DNA of 64,000 bases from Paraspadella gotoi (taxonomy: Eukaryota > Animalia > Chaetognatha). A model generated the notes under the pieces. The model ran no database searches. It had not been told where the DNA came from and saw only the letters and a list, made by a program, of their open reading frames with translations. The stretch lies in contig CM119267.1 of the NCBI GenBank assembly GCA_051294375.1, positions 21,335,755 to 21,399,754 of the forward strand, in the 5' to 3' direction. Both the position numbers and the translations under genes were made by a program. Below, in pieces: positions 13,918 through 28,114 of the stretch (positions are counted from its first letter, which is position 1; every line of letters begins with the position of its first letter).

Positions 13918-15633
13918 AATTTTCCCTTTATCGTTTCCCCGTTTCCTTCTTTCTCCTTCTTCCTCGCTATCTTCCCCGCTATCTTCCCCATTTTTTTCTT
14001 CCTTTCTCTCTCTCCTTTCAACCCTTTTTCCCGAATATATATTATGCAATATGCAATGTACTTCCTAGGAAAACTAAAATCACTCCCCCACCCCTCTCTC
14101 AACAGGTACCACCTCCGGACGAGCCCACCTGCGGCTACAACAACGAACGCTGTCCACAGATGCAATCGTGGATCTACGCCATCATCGCCCTCGTCATCCT
14201 CATGATATTCATGGCTATCGCCTCGGTCGCCATGTTCAGGTGATTGCCTGAGGAAGGGAAGAATGATTGCTTCGGGGAAAGTTGATTGGACGAGGTGTTA
14301 AAATCCACCAACCGTTCATCAGTGGCCGTGGGGTGCAGTAGGCAAGTCATTCGCCTCTAAACTCAGTAAAGTCTGCTTCGAAGCTCAAAGACTGCTTAAA
14401 ATGAACGGTTCTATCTCTAACTGATAACAATAATTTTAGTCTCTTCAAAAGAAAGCTCAGCGTTTCCTTCATCGATGTAGTTAACGCGCAATCCTTGCTG
14501 TCAGATTCTCTGAACATGAGAAACGATTGAACCATTAGCAATCAACTTAATCCCTTTGTTCCATTAGATCGTTCTGCCAGAGCAGCCTCGTTAAAAATCT
14601 AACCCTCTCTGTTTCTCTCCAATTTCTCCCCGCTTCCTTTTTTTTCGTTTTGAACACCAAAAAGAAAGATTTCATGGCGGCCATGAGCTTTTTTCCTCGT
14701 CCTGCTAATGTTTGGCCAATTTCACTCTGAAATCTTTTTATCCTCTGTCCTGTAGTCAGCCATCCACCCTTCTTTTCGGAAGGAACCAATTTGGTTTTGA
14801 AGCTTCTGTTTGGAAACGTTCCATCGGGATCTGTGTGTGTGTTTCGGTCGGTGGTCTGGTCGATAGCGAATTAAAGAAGTGACGGTGACAATCGTGATGT
14901 CGTTTGTGATGGATTGTTGAATTTTGACGGTGAATTCGTTGGAAAAATTCGCAGGGATTTTTTTTATTCATTAAGTTTTATTTTTCTCCCGAATCAGGTT
15001 TGGTTATTCTGCCGACGATTTCAGGTTGAAGAAACTTTATACGTAGTTTGTGTTAATGATGTTCCACGCCAGGTAGTATGAAAGGTGTCATGTAGTTAAT
15101 ATTTTATGGGGTTCGTATAGTATCACTCCACCATCCACACCCGTTTAAAAATTCCTATCTCAAAAAATCTGCTTTTTTTTTTTGAACAGGCGAACGAAAT
15201 TAGAGACTGAACTCAAATCCATGGCTTGGAAGATCAACGCCGAAGACCTTTCCGATAACCATCTCTACCTCGGGTAAGGCCGTCCTTTATTTCTCTAACG
15301 GGGTAAGTTCGTCCCATCCAAAAAATATGGGCAGAGTTTGCGATGTACAATGCGGCAGGGGGGATGGTCAATGAAAGTGGATCGGAGCGATATACGGATA
15401 ACGAGTCCACTTTTCTCATCCGGGTTGTCTTGGTTCTCGGACAAAACGACACAAACTCCGTTTCTCTGTTTTGCATCGTGACGAAATAAAAGGCTTTCGG
15501 GTGTTTCAGGATGGGTGAGGGGCTGAAGCCGGGGTGGGGGGGAGTTTAGTCACGTGATCGACACTAAAATCGACACGAGAAAACTCCTCCTCTTACGATT
15601 TGTTTTGTTTATCCTTGGAACGTGAAGGGAGAT

Positions 15634-15666
<33 letters not shown>

Positions 15667-16250
15667 CCCCGAAGCTCTTTCTTTGTGTTGTCGCGTTACG
15701 ATGACAAGGCGTGATGCATCGGGAGAGATAGGTGTATCGACACCTGAGCTTTTTCTCCCGCCTTTTCTTATTCCTTCTTCTTTTTCCCCCTGAATTACTT
15801 TTTCCGTTCGTGTACCCCGTAAATATGTACATCTTTAAAAGTTATTTCACTTCCGTTAGGTCGTGTTTTCCCCGCCGCGTTGAAGGAAGGAGGGAAAGAA
15901 TATGCGATGGATTCCTCAGTTCCCTCGCTTGCTTTTCCTCTTTCTTTCGCTCATTCTTTTTTTCGCTTTATTTTTTTCTTTCTTTCGCTCTTTTCTTTTT
16001 TTCGTTTTTTTTTTCCCTTCGCTCTTTCTTTCTTTTTCTTTCGCTCTTTCTTTCACTCTTTCTTTCTTTCGCTCTTTCTTTCACTCTTTCTTTCTTTCGC
16101 TTTTTCTTTCGCTCTTTATGTCTCTCTCTCTTTATCCTTTTCTTCTTTTTTCTCTTTTTTCTTTTTTCTTTTTTTTTTTTTCTTTTTTTCTTTTTTTTTT
16201 CTTTTTTTTCTTTCTCTCTTTCTTTCTCTCTTCTTTCTTTCTCTCTCTTT

Positions 16251-16282
<32 letters not shown>

Positions 16283-19200
16283 AATTATATGTATAAGATA
16301 AGCATAACAATAACTATTAACTAAACGTCATGAAACTGTAATTGTAAGGTGCTAAGAACAAAACTTAATACTTAATACAACAGGAAAATAATTATACAAG
16401 GATCATTTTTCTTCTTTTCTTTTTATCTTTCTTTAGGCGACTTGTTCAGCGCTTTCCTCATCTCTCTTTTCACTCCCACTTTTGGCAAACTCACGATGAT
16501 GATTTTCTCACCTTGGTGAATTTCGTTTTTCGCTTTCACCTGCCTCGCTATCTCTCTCTCACAAGGTCGTCCGGGTCGAGTAAAAAAAATGCGGGTGATG
16601 AAGTCAAAGACAAATGTTGCAAACTTCTGTCTTTGAATACTTTTTCTCACGAAAATTGAAAACTAGTCCCTTTTAAGGGAATCTTTTGCATCTCGGCATG
16701 AATTAAAATATAAAAGAAACAAAGAAATACTTCGGCTTATGAAATAAACCATTATCACTCTTTGATTCTTTAATGTTGTGGCCTCATTTACCCTAAAACG
16801 TTTTATTTTATTTTATCTTAAATTCGGAATTCAGTTAGGTTTTAGGTTAAAGATTAGGATAGAGGTAAAGGATTAAGATTAAAGATTTGGTTAGTGATTA
16901 GGGTTAAGCATTTGAGTTAGGGTTAGAGATTAGGGTTAAAAATTAGGGATAAAGGTTTAGGGTTTGGGTTATGGATTGGGTTTAAAAATATGTGTGATAA
17001 ATTAAATTCTACGATAAACTAACAGAAATGGGGCAAAAATTATTCAAGATTCGTCTTCGCCAGAGCAATAATCACTGAACATAAATATCATCCCGACCCA
17101 ATCACATTTTACTATGTCCGTAATTCTTCCTCCTTCCCATTAACCGCTCTTGATGACATCAAAACGATCGATCGCAATCTCGTTTCGAGCCACCAACGGC
17201 CTCGTAATCCGGATTCTTCTCTAAAGCTATCGTCGCGGCGTGATTCGAATTCCCGACGCGTGTTCCACGTTCGACGCCGTAAATCTTCCGTATTATACGT
17301 CAGGAGCGATGGCGGCGCCACGGGGGCCTCCCTTTATATTTGTTGATAAATTATGCGTTTGTCCATATGGATTATGGAAATTAGTAAATTAACAATCTTT
17401 TTTGCCATCAGGGTCAGAGTTAAAGATTTTATTCGCTTGAAATTTTATTGGTATGATGTATTCGGAAAGTTAGTCCTCTTCATCTTCGCAAACGCGAAAA
17501 AATTCGTTGCTAACCCTACAAGATTAGATTTTCGACTTGATCATAAATTGACAACTATATTTTATTTGTTCACTTGTCAGGGGAAAGACAAAATGGTCGA
17601 GTCGCCCCAGTCTTCACAGTCGTGACAGCTCGCTGTCGGGAATAGACGTCACCGACGTCCACGGAAGGCAACACCTCTTCATCAAAACAGGATTCTACAA
17701 AGGGTGAGGTCCAGGGAATCGGATTTGGTTTGTAAGACAGGAGAGATTGATTTGATTGAGTTTATTATAATGTGACCCTTTCAGTTCCATCGTGGCCCAA
17801 AAGGAGCTGCGGCGCGAGAAGTTCGACGTCCAAAGAAATGATCAAATCGAGATGAAAATTCTCCGCGATCTCAACAATGACCACGTGGTAATAACACAAC
17901 TGTTAAGTGTCTTAAAACATTCCAGTTTTTATGTAACACATTGTTACAGGCGGTTAAGCCCTCTCCCTCTTACTGCTAGGCGGCCTCCGGGCTAGAACTC
18001 AGGACCTTTGGGTTGGGAGGCGAATAACTTGTCCCTTTACCAATGACCGCCGTGGACGGTTGGTGGATTTTAAGCCACCAGAAACTGTAAATTAATTCGT
18101 GACAAAGGCAATGATCAGTGTTGGTCTTATTATATGTTCTCTTCCTCTCCAACATTCCCGCAGGCCCACTTCATCGGCGCCTGCCTCGACGGTCCCCACC
18201 CTTGTATCGTGACCGAGTACTTCCAGCGCGGCAGCCTCCAGGACATCCTGGAGAACGAGCAGATCACGCTCGACGGATGTTCAAGTTCTCGTTGATGAAC
18301 GACGTCGCCAAGGGACTCGCTTATCTCCACAACAGCGACGTTAAGACGCACGGGAATCTCAAGAGCACCAACTGCCTCGTCGACAGCCGGTAGTTGGAGT
18401 GAGGGGGGGGTGATATGTGATTGGTTTTTCGGTGGAATTGACTGACATTGATGGACAGACAGATGGAGAGACTTTTTGTTATGGAAAGAGACTGATTGAA
18501 GAAAATAGAGAGCGGGAGTAAGAAACTGAGAAATGAGAATGAGAGGGAATTTCAGAGAAAAAGGGAGTAACTCAGTAAGAGTGAAGGGAGAGAGAGTGTG
18601 TGTGTAAAGAAAAGAAAAAAGAGAAACTTTGTAGATGTAATTAAAAAAATGTATATTCGTCCTTTCAGATTCGTGGTAAAAGTGGCCGATTTTGGTCCGC
18701 GTTGCCTCATGTCCGAACGGAAGTGCCTCCGCGAAGAGGATCCTCAACGATGGCATCGGCGTTGCCTCTGGACGGCGCCGGAACTTCTCAGGGCAGAGTC
18801 CATCCCCATGAGGGGAACGCATAAGGTAAGGCGCTGGTAGGGAATAGGATTCGGCTGCTGACTGATGAGGGGATTGAAGGAGAAGGGGGGGGAAATTTAA
18901 ATACTAAAAATTGACGCAGGATTACTTAGTTAGTTTCCTTTAGTTTTTAGACCTGCAATTTGAAAAGGCATGTGTTAAAATAATAGTGTGTTAAAATTTT
19001 TCCCACCGTGAAACGCTACTAGCGATCTAAACACGATATTCGCATCACTATTATCGGATTTTTTCTTTCCGTTTTGCGGACATCACGTGGTGAAGCGGAA
19101 AAAAAAATGGCGACCGCCTCTCGATTTTCGTGGCAGGGAAATAGGGGATTTAACTCTTTCCCCTGACAGACAAAGATATGCGACTTTGTTTTTTTTTTCT

Positions 19201-22200
19201 CTGTTGGTCGCGTGACAGAAGGTAATCTTGCGGTGAGGCCACCAGGAATTGGCGAGGTCGCGCAGTCGCTGACCTTGAACCGGGAAGGTGGTAAAAAGGG
19301 GATGAAGTGAAAGGGGTGTACTTTAGAGGGGGCTCGTGGAAGAAAGGTTGGGAGAAGCCGGAAGGAATTTTTTTGCTGAGCCGGCGCTGTTTGGGCCAGA
19401 GGAAGTTGCGAGGCGGCGTCTTCTTAATAAGAAGAGACAAGAGCGACCGAAAGGTCATTCACGTGATCTTTTGGATCTTTTTGCCACTGCGGGTCCGCTT
19501 TCAGGAGGGTGTAATATTTATATATTAATATTAATATAATAGTTGGACCGAAAATGCTGGTTTCAAACTGATGCGGAAAATCGGGTTGCGTCGTGAAAAT
19601 GAAATTTACTGATTTGCGTTTCTCCATCCTCGTCGTTCCATTTTCTCCCCCTCTCTCTCTCTTCCCCCCCTATAAAAATGAAGGGGCCAGGTGGGGCCAA
19701 TTAGTTTCGGTTTTTTGAGGAAGTGAGGCGCGCGGGAATGTCGAGGGTTCGAGGGGGGGGGAGTGAGGAAAGAGAATCAGGCGAGGGAGAAAGATCTTTG
19801 GCTTTGATAAACAATTTTAAAGGAAAAGATTTTCGTTTTTTATTAGATCAAGAACTCTTTGTATTTTACCGTTTTCTTTAACTTACATATTATATTTTGA
19901 TGTGTATTGAGACGTACTGAGAAACTGATATGGGATTTATTTGAAAGGTAAATAAATAAAGTTAGTAAAATTTAAATTAGTTGTCATTTTGTTCTCCAAA
20001 ACGTTATCAACTTTTCCCAGGGAGACATCTACAGCTACGGAATCGTCCTTCAAGAGATCCTCTACCGCAAGGGCGTCTTCTATCTCGAGCACCTCGACTT
20101 GACCCCCGAGGAGATTTGCCGCCGAGTCAAGCGCGGCCCCACCACCTCGCCCATGACGTCCACGGCGACTACGATCCCTTCCGACCAACGCTCGACTACG
20201 ACGGAGACAAGGAGCTCGTCGGTAGGATGGGGTGGAAGGAAGTGTGGGATATGGAAGGGGTGAGACGGAAGAGGTTCTTTAATATCGTGTGGCGAGTGGG
20301 TACAATAAATTATAAAGCGCTGACTCAATAAAATAATTTTCTTGGTTTTTTTCTTTGGTCAGAATATAGTATAGTATGTTATAGTATAGTATAGTATGTT
20401 GAATACCACAATACCGAGATTACTCAAGTCTTCTTTTGTCTGATGGTCTCTAAAATTAGCCTATCATTCATATTTTTTTTTACCATAAAGGATGAGGATG
20501 AAAAATCTCCAAATTTTCTCACTTTTCATTTTTTATCCTATCTCTAAAAGAAACCGCTTATGATCCCCACCGGTCATTGAAACTAAGACTATGCGTCCCA
20601 TTTCCGCTCGGAAAAAGACAAAAGAGCCTCCAACTACACGACCACACGAAAAACTCTTTCTTCGCCGTTGGCACCGAAACAGCTTTTTTATTCGTGCGCT
20701 GTTGGGTCGGATGGAAAGAGGCGTGGCTTCACTCGGCGCTTGTGCTTCTATTTCCAGTCTTTTTACAAAGTCAATAAAACTAAAAAGGCGGCGAGACGAT
20801 ATGAAAAAAGCCAAGGCGCCGGCGTCGTGAAACGATGGAGCGAATGGGAAAATTTATTTTAGAATTTTGAGAGAGAGAGAGAGAGAGAGAGAAAAGAGAG
20901 TGTGAGTGAGTGAGATATTTTTTAGATGCTCCTTTTAATCTTATTCAGAAGCGAATAAAAAATGACTTTTATTCATTCGGTAGACTGAAAGTTAAAAAAA
21001 AAGAAGCGAAAAACCGAAGATAACCCAAAAGGAATTCCCAAAGATGTGATTGGAGTCGAGAGGAAACCAGCAACACAAACATGAAATATGAAATGACGAG
21101 GGAACAAAAACACATAATACCCTCGGGCTGTTGGAGGAAGGGCGGCGCCGGTGGGGCAAGGAGAAATAACGAAATTGAAAGATCTATGTATTTTTTGGTC
21201 ACGGCCGGTCGTGACCTTTTTTTGCGAGGGAAGAATCTCGACTTTGGATGTTGAATGTGAAGGGATAAGAGTGAAAGGGGAGAAGGGGTTATTTTCTTTC
21301 TTCCTTCATCGATAGGGAAGCCGGGAACTGAGAACTGATCACTGGCCAGTGATCTCTCTCTCTCTCTCTCTTTCTCACTGACCAAAATTTTTTCGGAGCC
21401 TCGGATTCCTCACCATCTCCAATAGAACCATGAACTATCTACACTATCTACACTAATAGTTATCTGCTATAAATAGCTTATCAAATAAATTAATCAATAA
21501 ATATGATAAATAATTTTTAAATTTAAAAAATGATTCTTGCTCTCAAGTCATTAGTTTCAAGTGATGATTTAGTACGCATCGGCGATCGCCAAACGTTTTG
21601 TTCTCGGCCTTAGCTGCGTCCTTTGACCGTGTGTTTAACTTTCTCGATAAAAACACATCGTTCTCTTCGCCTTCACTGCTTGGGGGGGGGGGATCCTCTT
21701 CCTCATCCTCCTCCACCCTCCCCAAAACTGGAAACCAGGAAGTTTCATTCATTAGTCTGTCTCCCAACTCGAAAAGAAAAACGAGCAACTGCTCTTTCAC
21801 TTTTTTTTTTACACGACGCATCAAGGTTATAAAAATCTTTTTCAAACATGACGACTTGCGCTTGCGCTGGTTCTCTCGCGGAACAGGATTCTGTCGTGTG
21901 CATGGTCGGCGTTTACACCTTCTTGCGTGCCCAGTATGATAACGCAGTCACTCCGCCGACGAAGGAAGAAGTTATTTAAACTGTCGAATTGGCCCAAAAA
22001 AAGGATCTGATACCGGACATGGATGGGCCATATATGCATCTTTCCGAAATGGTTACAATTCGAGTAGATGTATTCGCTTACCGTGGTCGTTCTTCTTGGG
22101 CCGCTTTCCGCTTTTTTTTGGATCAAGTTTTTGCCAGGTATGTTGTAATATTTTTATAAATATGGTTTTTTTGAAGATCAAATATTTCTTTCTTCCTTGC

Positions 22201-25200
22201 TTGGGATTACAAAATGTTTTGATTGAGCACGTTAATAACCGGTTAATACGAATGGCTTAACATGATTTATTATCTTATGTTAGGGTTTTGCTTATATAAT
22301 TGGTAACAGAATACTAGTTACGATGTAGTTGAAAATAATATTTTTTTTATTACGCAGATTATCTCTTGAAGACATACTAATAAATATAGACCTACCCGAG
22401 ATGCCCGACATACCGCACATACTCCACGTCCGAGAAGCCTTGACTAAAGGAGCGGTATCGGATCTGCTTGGAGGAGAGCACGATGGTTCCACGTTTACCG
22501 TCATAATTCTTTGCATCAACGATCAAACGAAGATCAAAGATAACGTTCGAAATGTCATCGGCGATATGATTTTCTCGGACGGCGTGTCCCGCGCCCATGC
22601 TAACGTTTCGGCGAACGTGAGAAAAATGCTAAAACCCTTTGGCGGAAAACTAGATGTCCTGACGGTGATAGACGTGTTAGAATATAGCGGAGAGTTGTAT
22701 CCCGGTACTAAACTCTTTAAGACCAACGAACCTGTAATTTTTACCAAAGTTCGAAAGCATGTCTTTGATCTCGAAAAGAAAGGATCCACGTCGAGAGCGT
22801 TGCCGCACAGCCTTTATGTGGAAACTTATTTTAATGACTCATTTTCTGAGAGGATAATGAGAAACAAATTGTGCTTCTGTCCTCGGGACGAAACCTGCCT
22901 TCTTAGGGCCATCTTTGGGCATCTTCGCTTCAACTCTGGTTTTAGAGACAAATTCTTTTCGGACGCTGCTGGACAGCCGATTAAAATCGAGTGGAATGAA
23001 GAGAAGAAAACGCTCGTCGCCGAATTACTGGTCAAAGCGAGGCTGAAGCACAACTGCAATCCCTTGAAGTTGATGCATTTTTGGGAAGTGGGACCAGAGA
23101 TGTTGGAGACGACGTTTTTAAACGTCATCTTAGAAAAATTAAGAGACGAGACTTTTTTACGGAAATTGTATCCAGTTATCGAGAACGAGATGAGCACTTC
23201 GGTGGCGAGAAAAATAAGATTTTACGTGATGGAAAAAATCGGGCAATTTTGGGAACCTCCCCAGTTCGTACAGCTTTTGAATGCTCTCAAAGTTTTTCTC
23301 ATATCGACCCCGCAAGACGCCTCTTATTTCTTTCAGAAAATGCAACAAATCGATGATCCTCGCCTCTTTGAAATGTTAGCAAAGCAAGGGTATGTTATTG
23401 ACCCTAATGACGACAAGTTCCATCTGTTGCACACGATGGTTCTGAAAGTTTTTCCACGATGCGTGGAATATCTTTTGAAGCGAGGATTCGCAATCGATAG
23501 TCGAAATGAGAGAGGGTTGACTCCATTCATGGAAGCTGTCTTGTCTTTTAACAGTTTTCATCACAAGAAAATGGAACTTTTACAATATATGATTTTAAAA
23601 GGGGCCGATCCTATGGCCGTTTCCCCGGACAATCGGACATGTTTGCACATCGCCATTGAAAAACGACAAAAGGAACCAATAACGTACCTCATCGATCTAG
23701 GTTTCGTTGTCGTGCGATCCTTGAAGGGAAAAAGGAACGAGTTGGTGGACATTAAGGAGAAGATGACGAAAAATACGCTCGGGTCCCTGCGAAAGGATGA
23801 AAAAGTTTTCTTCTGGCCCAATCAATGCAAACGATGTCAAAATCCGTGTCAGAATGACCAAACCCTTTGCATATGGTGCAATAAAAAAAGAGAGAACGAG
23901 AGGAAAGCAAATGAAGTTAGACAACTTTCCGAACAGCTGAAACACACTCCCGCTTCCTTCTCAAGCGTCGATGACAAGACGGAAAATCTTTCATCCTCCT
24001 CTGAGGTTAAAAACAACAGCGACGCAAACAGCAAGCCGCCCGAGTCAGTTTTCTCGTCGCCCCTAATTGTTTCTTGCAAATACGAATTCTGTGGTCAAAA
24101 CGAACGCATCATTTCAACCAGAGACAAGAATTACTTCGAGGCTTTTTGTAAAGATAAGTGCCGGGTGATTTTTCACCGAAGTTGCTGGAATGAATTTAAG
24201 GGCAAAGAGTCGACAAAAAACTTTTTGGGGGCCGACTGCATGACGCCTGATTGTAGTTCCACGATCGTCGCTGTCAAAGTAATGGACTTGCAGGGAAATG
24301 TCAAAGTCACGCACATGATGGACGAATCAGAACAAAGCACAAATTTGGAAACTAGCAAAAAATGTCACCAGCGTCAGACTACAAACTTGTTTTCCGATGC
24401 AGATCAGGATCAAACTTCGGAAATTGAACAAAAAGCGACGAAACCATCGGAAAAGTTGAATGAGTATTCGAATAAAGATGATGATCTGACATCAGTGTCA
24501 AACGATAACCAAAAATCTTTACACGAAATCACACCAGAGCCGAGGTTGACTCCCGATTTAATTCATATTGAGGAAAAATATCTCGTCAAACTAGAGAAGC
24601 CGAAGGTCGACGAGGGAACCAATCTGCAAAAATCCACGAAACGAAAGAAAAAGAAGAGAACTGCTCCAGAGAATCTTTTTCAATTCAATATTTTCACAGA
24701 CAGCGCGAGATACAGCGCGGTAACCGAAGAGACAAACGGGAACAACCCAACTTCGCATCCTTGCCCTCGCGAAGATTCCATCGAATCAACGCCCGAAACT
24801 AATCTTCAATTTAAAGAGATTGCATATCAAATCTTGGTCGATCTTTTGGCGAAAAATGGCAATAGTTGTTCATTGGCCTTGTTGCGAGAAACAATCAATA
24901 ATTGGGATCCGCCTCTCCGTCAATCTCTGTTGACGCCGGACCTGAAACAAGTTTTAACATCGGATTCCCAGGGACGATTTTCTCTCAGAGTAGAAGACGC
25001 TGTGGAAGTGGTGTTTCTTAATGCGGAAGAGTCGATGGAGAGGGTCGAGGACTCCACCTCCCCTCAACCGCATCGATCGATGTACAGGGTCGTGACCGAA
25101 TTAGATAAAGGTTCCGCGATCGACGAGCGTTGTTGTTATTGCCAAGGAATTTTGGTCGGAGGCCGAGTTACATTGCTCCCGCGCTGTCTTCACAAGTATC

Positions 25201-28064
25201 ATTCCGAATGTTTGCAGCGTTACAAAGACCTAGCGTGCCCTCTTTGCCACGCCATTCGAGAAGAGTTTCCGCTTTTGCGGTAGTAATGTTAGTCATTGTG
25301 TTATGAGCGTTAAATGGATTTCATTATTGAAAGAAATGAATGTTATTTTTTTTATTAGCACTGTTGAATGACTCATAGAATAGTTGTTTGTTTACGTTTA
25401 ACTTTTGAAAACCTAATTTGTTTGTCATAATTTAAAGAGAAGCACAAATCAAAAGTGAAACGAAAATAAAGAAGGGAAGGCGGAAATTTGGAATGAGATA
25501 TGCAATAGAAAACCATTTGATGTGGTTTATAGATAGACCGCGGACGAAAAATAATATTCGGACTAAGGATCTTGGATTAAGACTTTGAGAATAGAGTTTC
25601 CTGAAAATTATTGGAGGGAAAATTGGAAGGGAAAGGGTTCGGATCGATCAAACTATTTTCTGGGGAATGGTTATTTCTTTGATATTGGTTTTTCCGATCG
25701 GAACGTATCTGTTGGCCAAGTTTTATTATTTTTTGAATGGGATATGAGAGCTCTAGCGAGACAGGCCAGGACAAATAAGAGGCTAAAGAGAGAGAGAGAG
25801 AGAGAGATAATCAAATCCGCTCTTCCCTTCTTTTCCAATTGTCTCCCGCTATTTTGTTCATTTTCCCCTAATCAATTTTGATGGTCCTTGGCTTGTGCGT
25901 TTTTGTGCCAAACAAAATCTAAGCTTACCAAAATTGGTTTATATAAATACTGCATCAGAATTTGCGGGTTTCTTGTTTCACTGGCTTTTCTAGGAATTGG
26001 AAACTAAGTTTTTAGAGAGGGTTAGGGAGGAGTGTCAAAAACTCTCATGGTTTTTGTTTCTTTTTTTTTCTCTTTTTTCTCGTGCCGAATTTGAGAGAGA
26101 ACGATATTTGGAAATTAAAAAATGATAATGAAGCTGGAAAATGAGGGGATTATGTAGGAATAATTCCTTTTTAGCTTAACTATGAAACTCTTTTATATTT
26201 AGGTCGGCTGAATTAGGTAATCTGACTCGAACGTTTCGTTTGATAATTATGTTTTTTTGCTTGAATTATTGGTTGTTTTCAAAGATTTTAGTTTTAATCG
26301 CTTCCTCGTCAATGTATCCGACTCTTTTAGTATGTATCTATGGCATTTCAATTAATATTTTTTGACATTTAAAACGTTTCATTATCCTAACTTGTTAAAT
26401 TTAAGTAGAGAAGTTTATTTTTGTATGTTAATTTTTATAAAAGTAAAATGTGTATTTCTTATTTAAATCTATATCAAAAAGTATAACTTATATCACTGCC
26501 GTGACTAGTTAACGTTTACGTATAGTATTTCTGAAAATAAATTGTCTGAAAAAACTTTTGTTTACGCTTGCTCAACTGAAACAAAAAAGGCGCGACCTTC
26601 GGTTATGGTCGACAATGCTTGTCAGACGGATTTATTGCGATGCTATTTGTAGACTTTTTTTCTCTTTTGCTCATTGATTTTTTTAAGAATAAACATTTGA
26701 GTGAATCGTAGTCGTTAAGAATTACTATCGAGTATGAATTAATAATTAATTCGTCTACCAAGTGAGAGGCTTGGAATAATGTGCGTTAATTAAAATAAAC
26801 AAATTATACGAAATGACATAAACAAAAGTCTGAACAAATAGAAAAGAGAAAAATGCGTTTAAAAACCTTTGGTGTTAAAAAACATTAAAATGGAGAGAAA
26901 AATTGGAATGGGTGGGGGAGGAAAAAATATCGAGGCGTTAAAAAAATAGAGAATAAAAAACAAAATTGAAAAGGAGTTACTTAAGAATTTACAGTGAGGA
27001 AGAAGGAAAAATAGAAGAAGGAAAAAAAGGGGGGGAAAATTGGATTTCAAGAAAAATACCGGTTGGGATATAGTATATACATAACGATAAGAAAACAATG
27101 TCTCGTGGGCGACGAAGAAAACGGATATTATCTTTTCTCGCGAGCGCAAAGATTAATAATGGAAATATTCAAGCGGAGAGAGAGAGAGAGAGCGAGCGAG
27201 AGAGAGAAAGTAAGAGAGCGCAGAAGAAAATGTTGGGAAAAGTACGTAATTGAGTAAAACTGAAGGGACTCGAGTTGAAAAATAAAAAAAAAAATAATCT
27301 TTCAATTTCCGAAAAAAAAGTTTCTTTCTGTCTTTCTTCGCTTGTCTTTGGATTTTCATTTCGTTATAAACGTGGCGCTCTCTAATTAGCGAAATGGAAA
27401 CCGCGCCTGCGACTGAATCGGAAAAAAAATTCTGGCTCTTTCATAATTAAATAGGCTAATTGGCGCGATTAATTAAAAAAGGTTTTTTTTATCTTCTCCG
27501 CAGAAATAATTCAAAGATGTTGGAGAGAATCCCCGCTGGACCGGCCTCACATCGAAGAAGTCAAAAGAACCGTCCGCAAGCTTTCGAAAGTGAGCGTACG
27601 AGTTGATTGACGGTTGGCAAAGGTGGCGGGGCGTGAGGGTGTTTGAATAATTGCCGACAGTCTCGGTGGACGATGTTGGAAAGAACATTTGCGTAAATCG
27701 TGCTTTGTACAATCATGTAACGAATCGTGGCGTCAGCGAGTAATTGTAGTGAGGTTTAACATTTAAAAAAATAGAAGTTGGAAAATTAATAATTATTAAA
27801 TTTTAACTTTCCGACCTTACAGGATACGGGCAAAGGCAATATCCTGGACAACCTGCTGACGCGCATGGAGCAGTACACCAACAACTTGGAGGATCTCGTC
27901 GACCAGCGAACTAACGAGTACCTGGCGCAAAAGAAAAAAGCCGAGGATCTGCTGCATCAGGTTAGCTCATTTTTGTATTTTTTTTGGTAGAGCACAGTGA
28001 CTGATAAAAATATTAGCTTTTACACTAAATTTTTGCGCGGAAGATTTCCGGTCAATCAGATCAT

Positions 28065-28114
<50 letters not shown>

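Noticed and set aside
15732-16324. Long Phe/Ser/Leu-rich ORFs (also 1346-1882, 13631-14068, 53060-53649)
   Set aside because: Products of (TC)n/(TTTC)n microsatellites, which lack stop codons.
19219-19221. Possible 3-nt microexon (cag|AAG|gtaatc)
   Set aside because: It would insert a residue into a conserved kinase-homology motif, and such short matches arise by chance.
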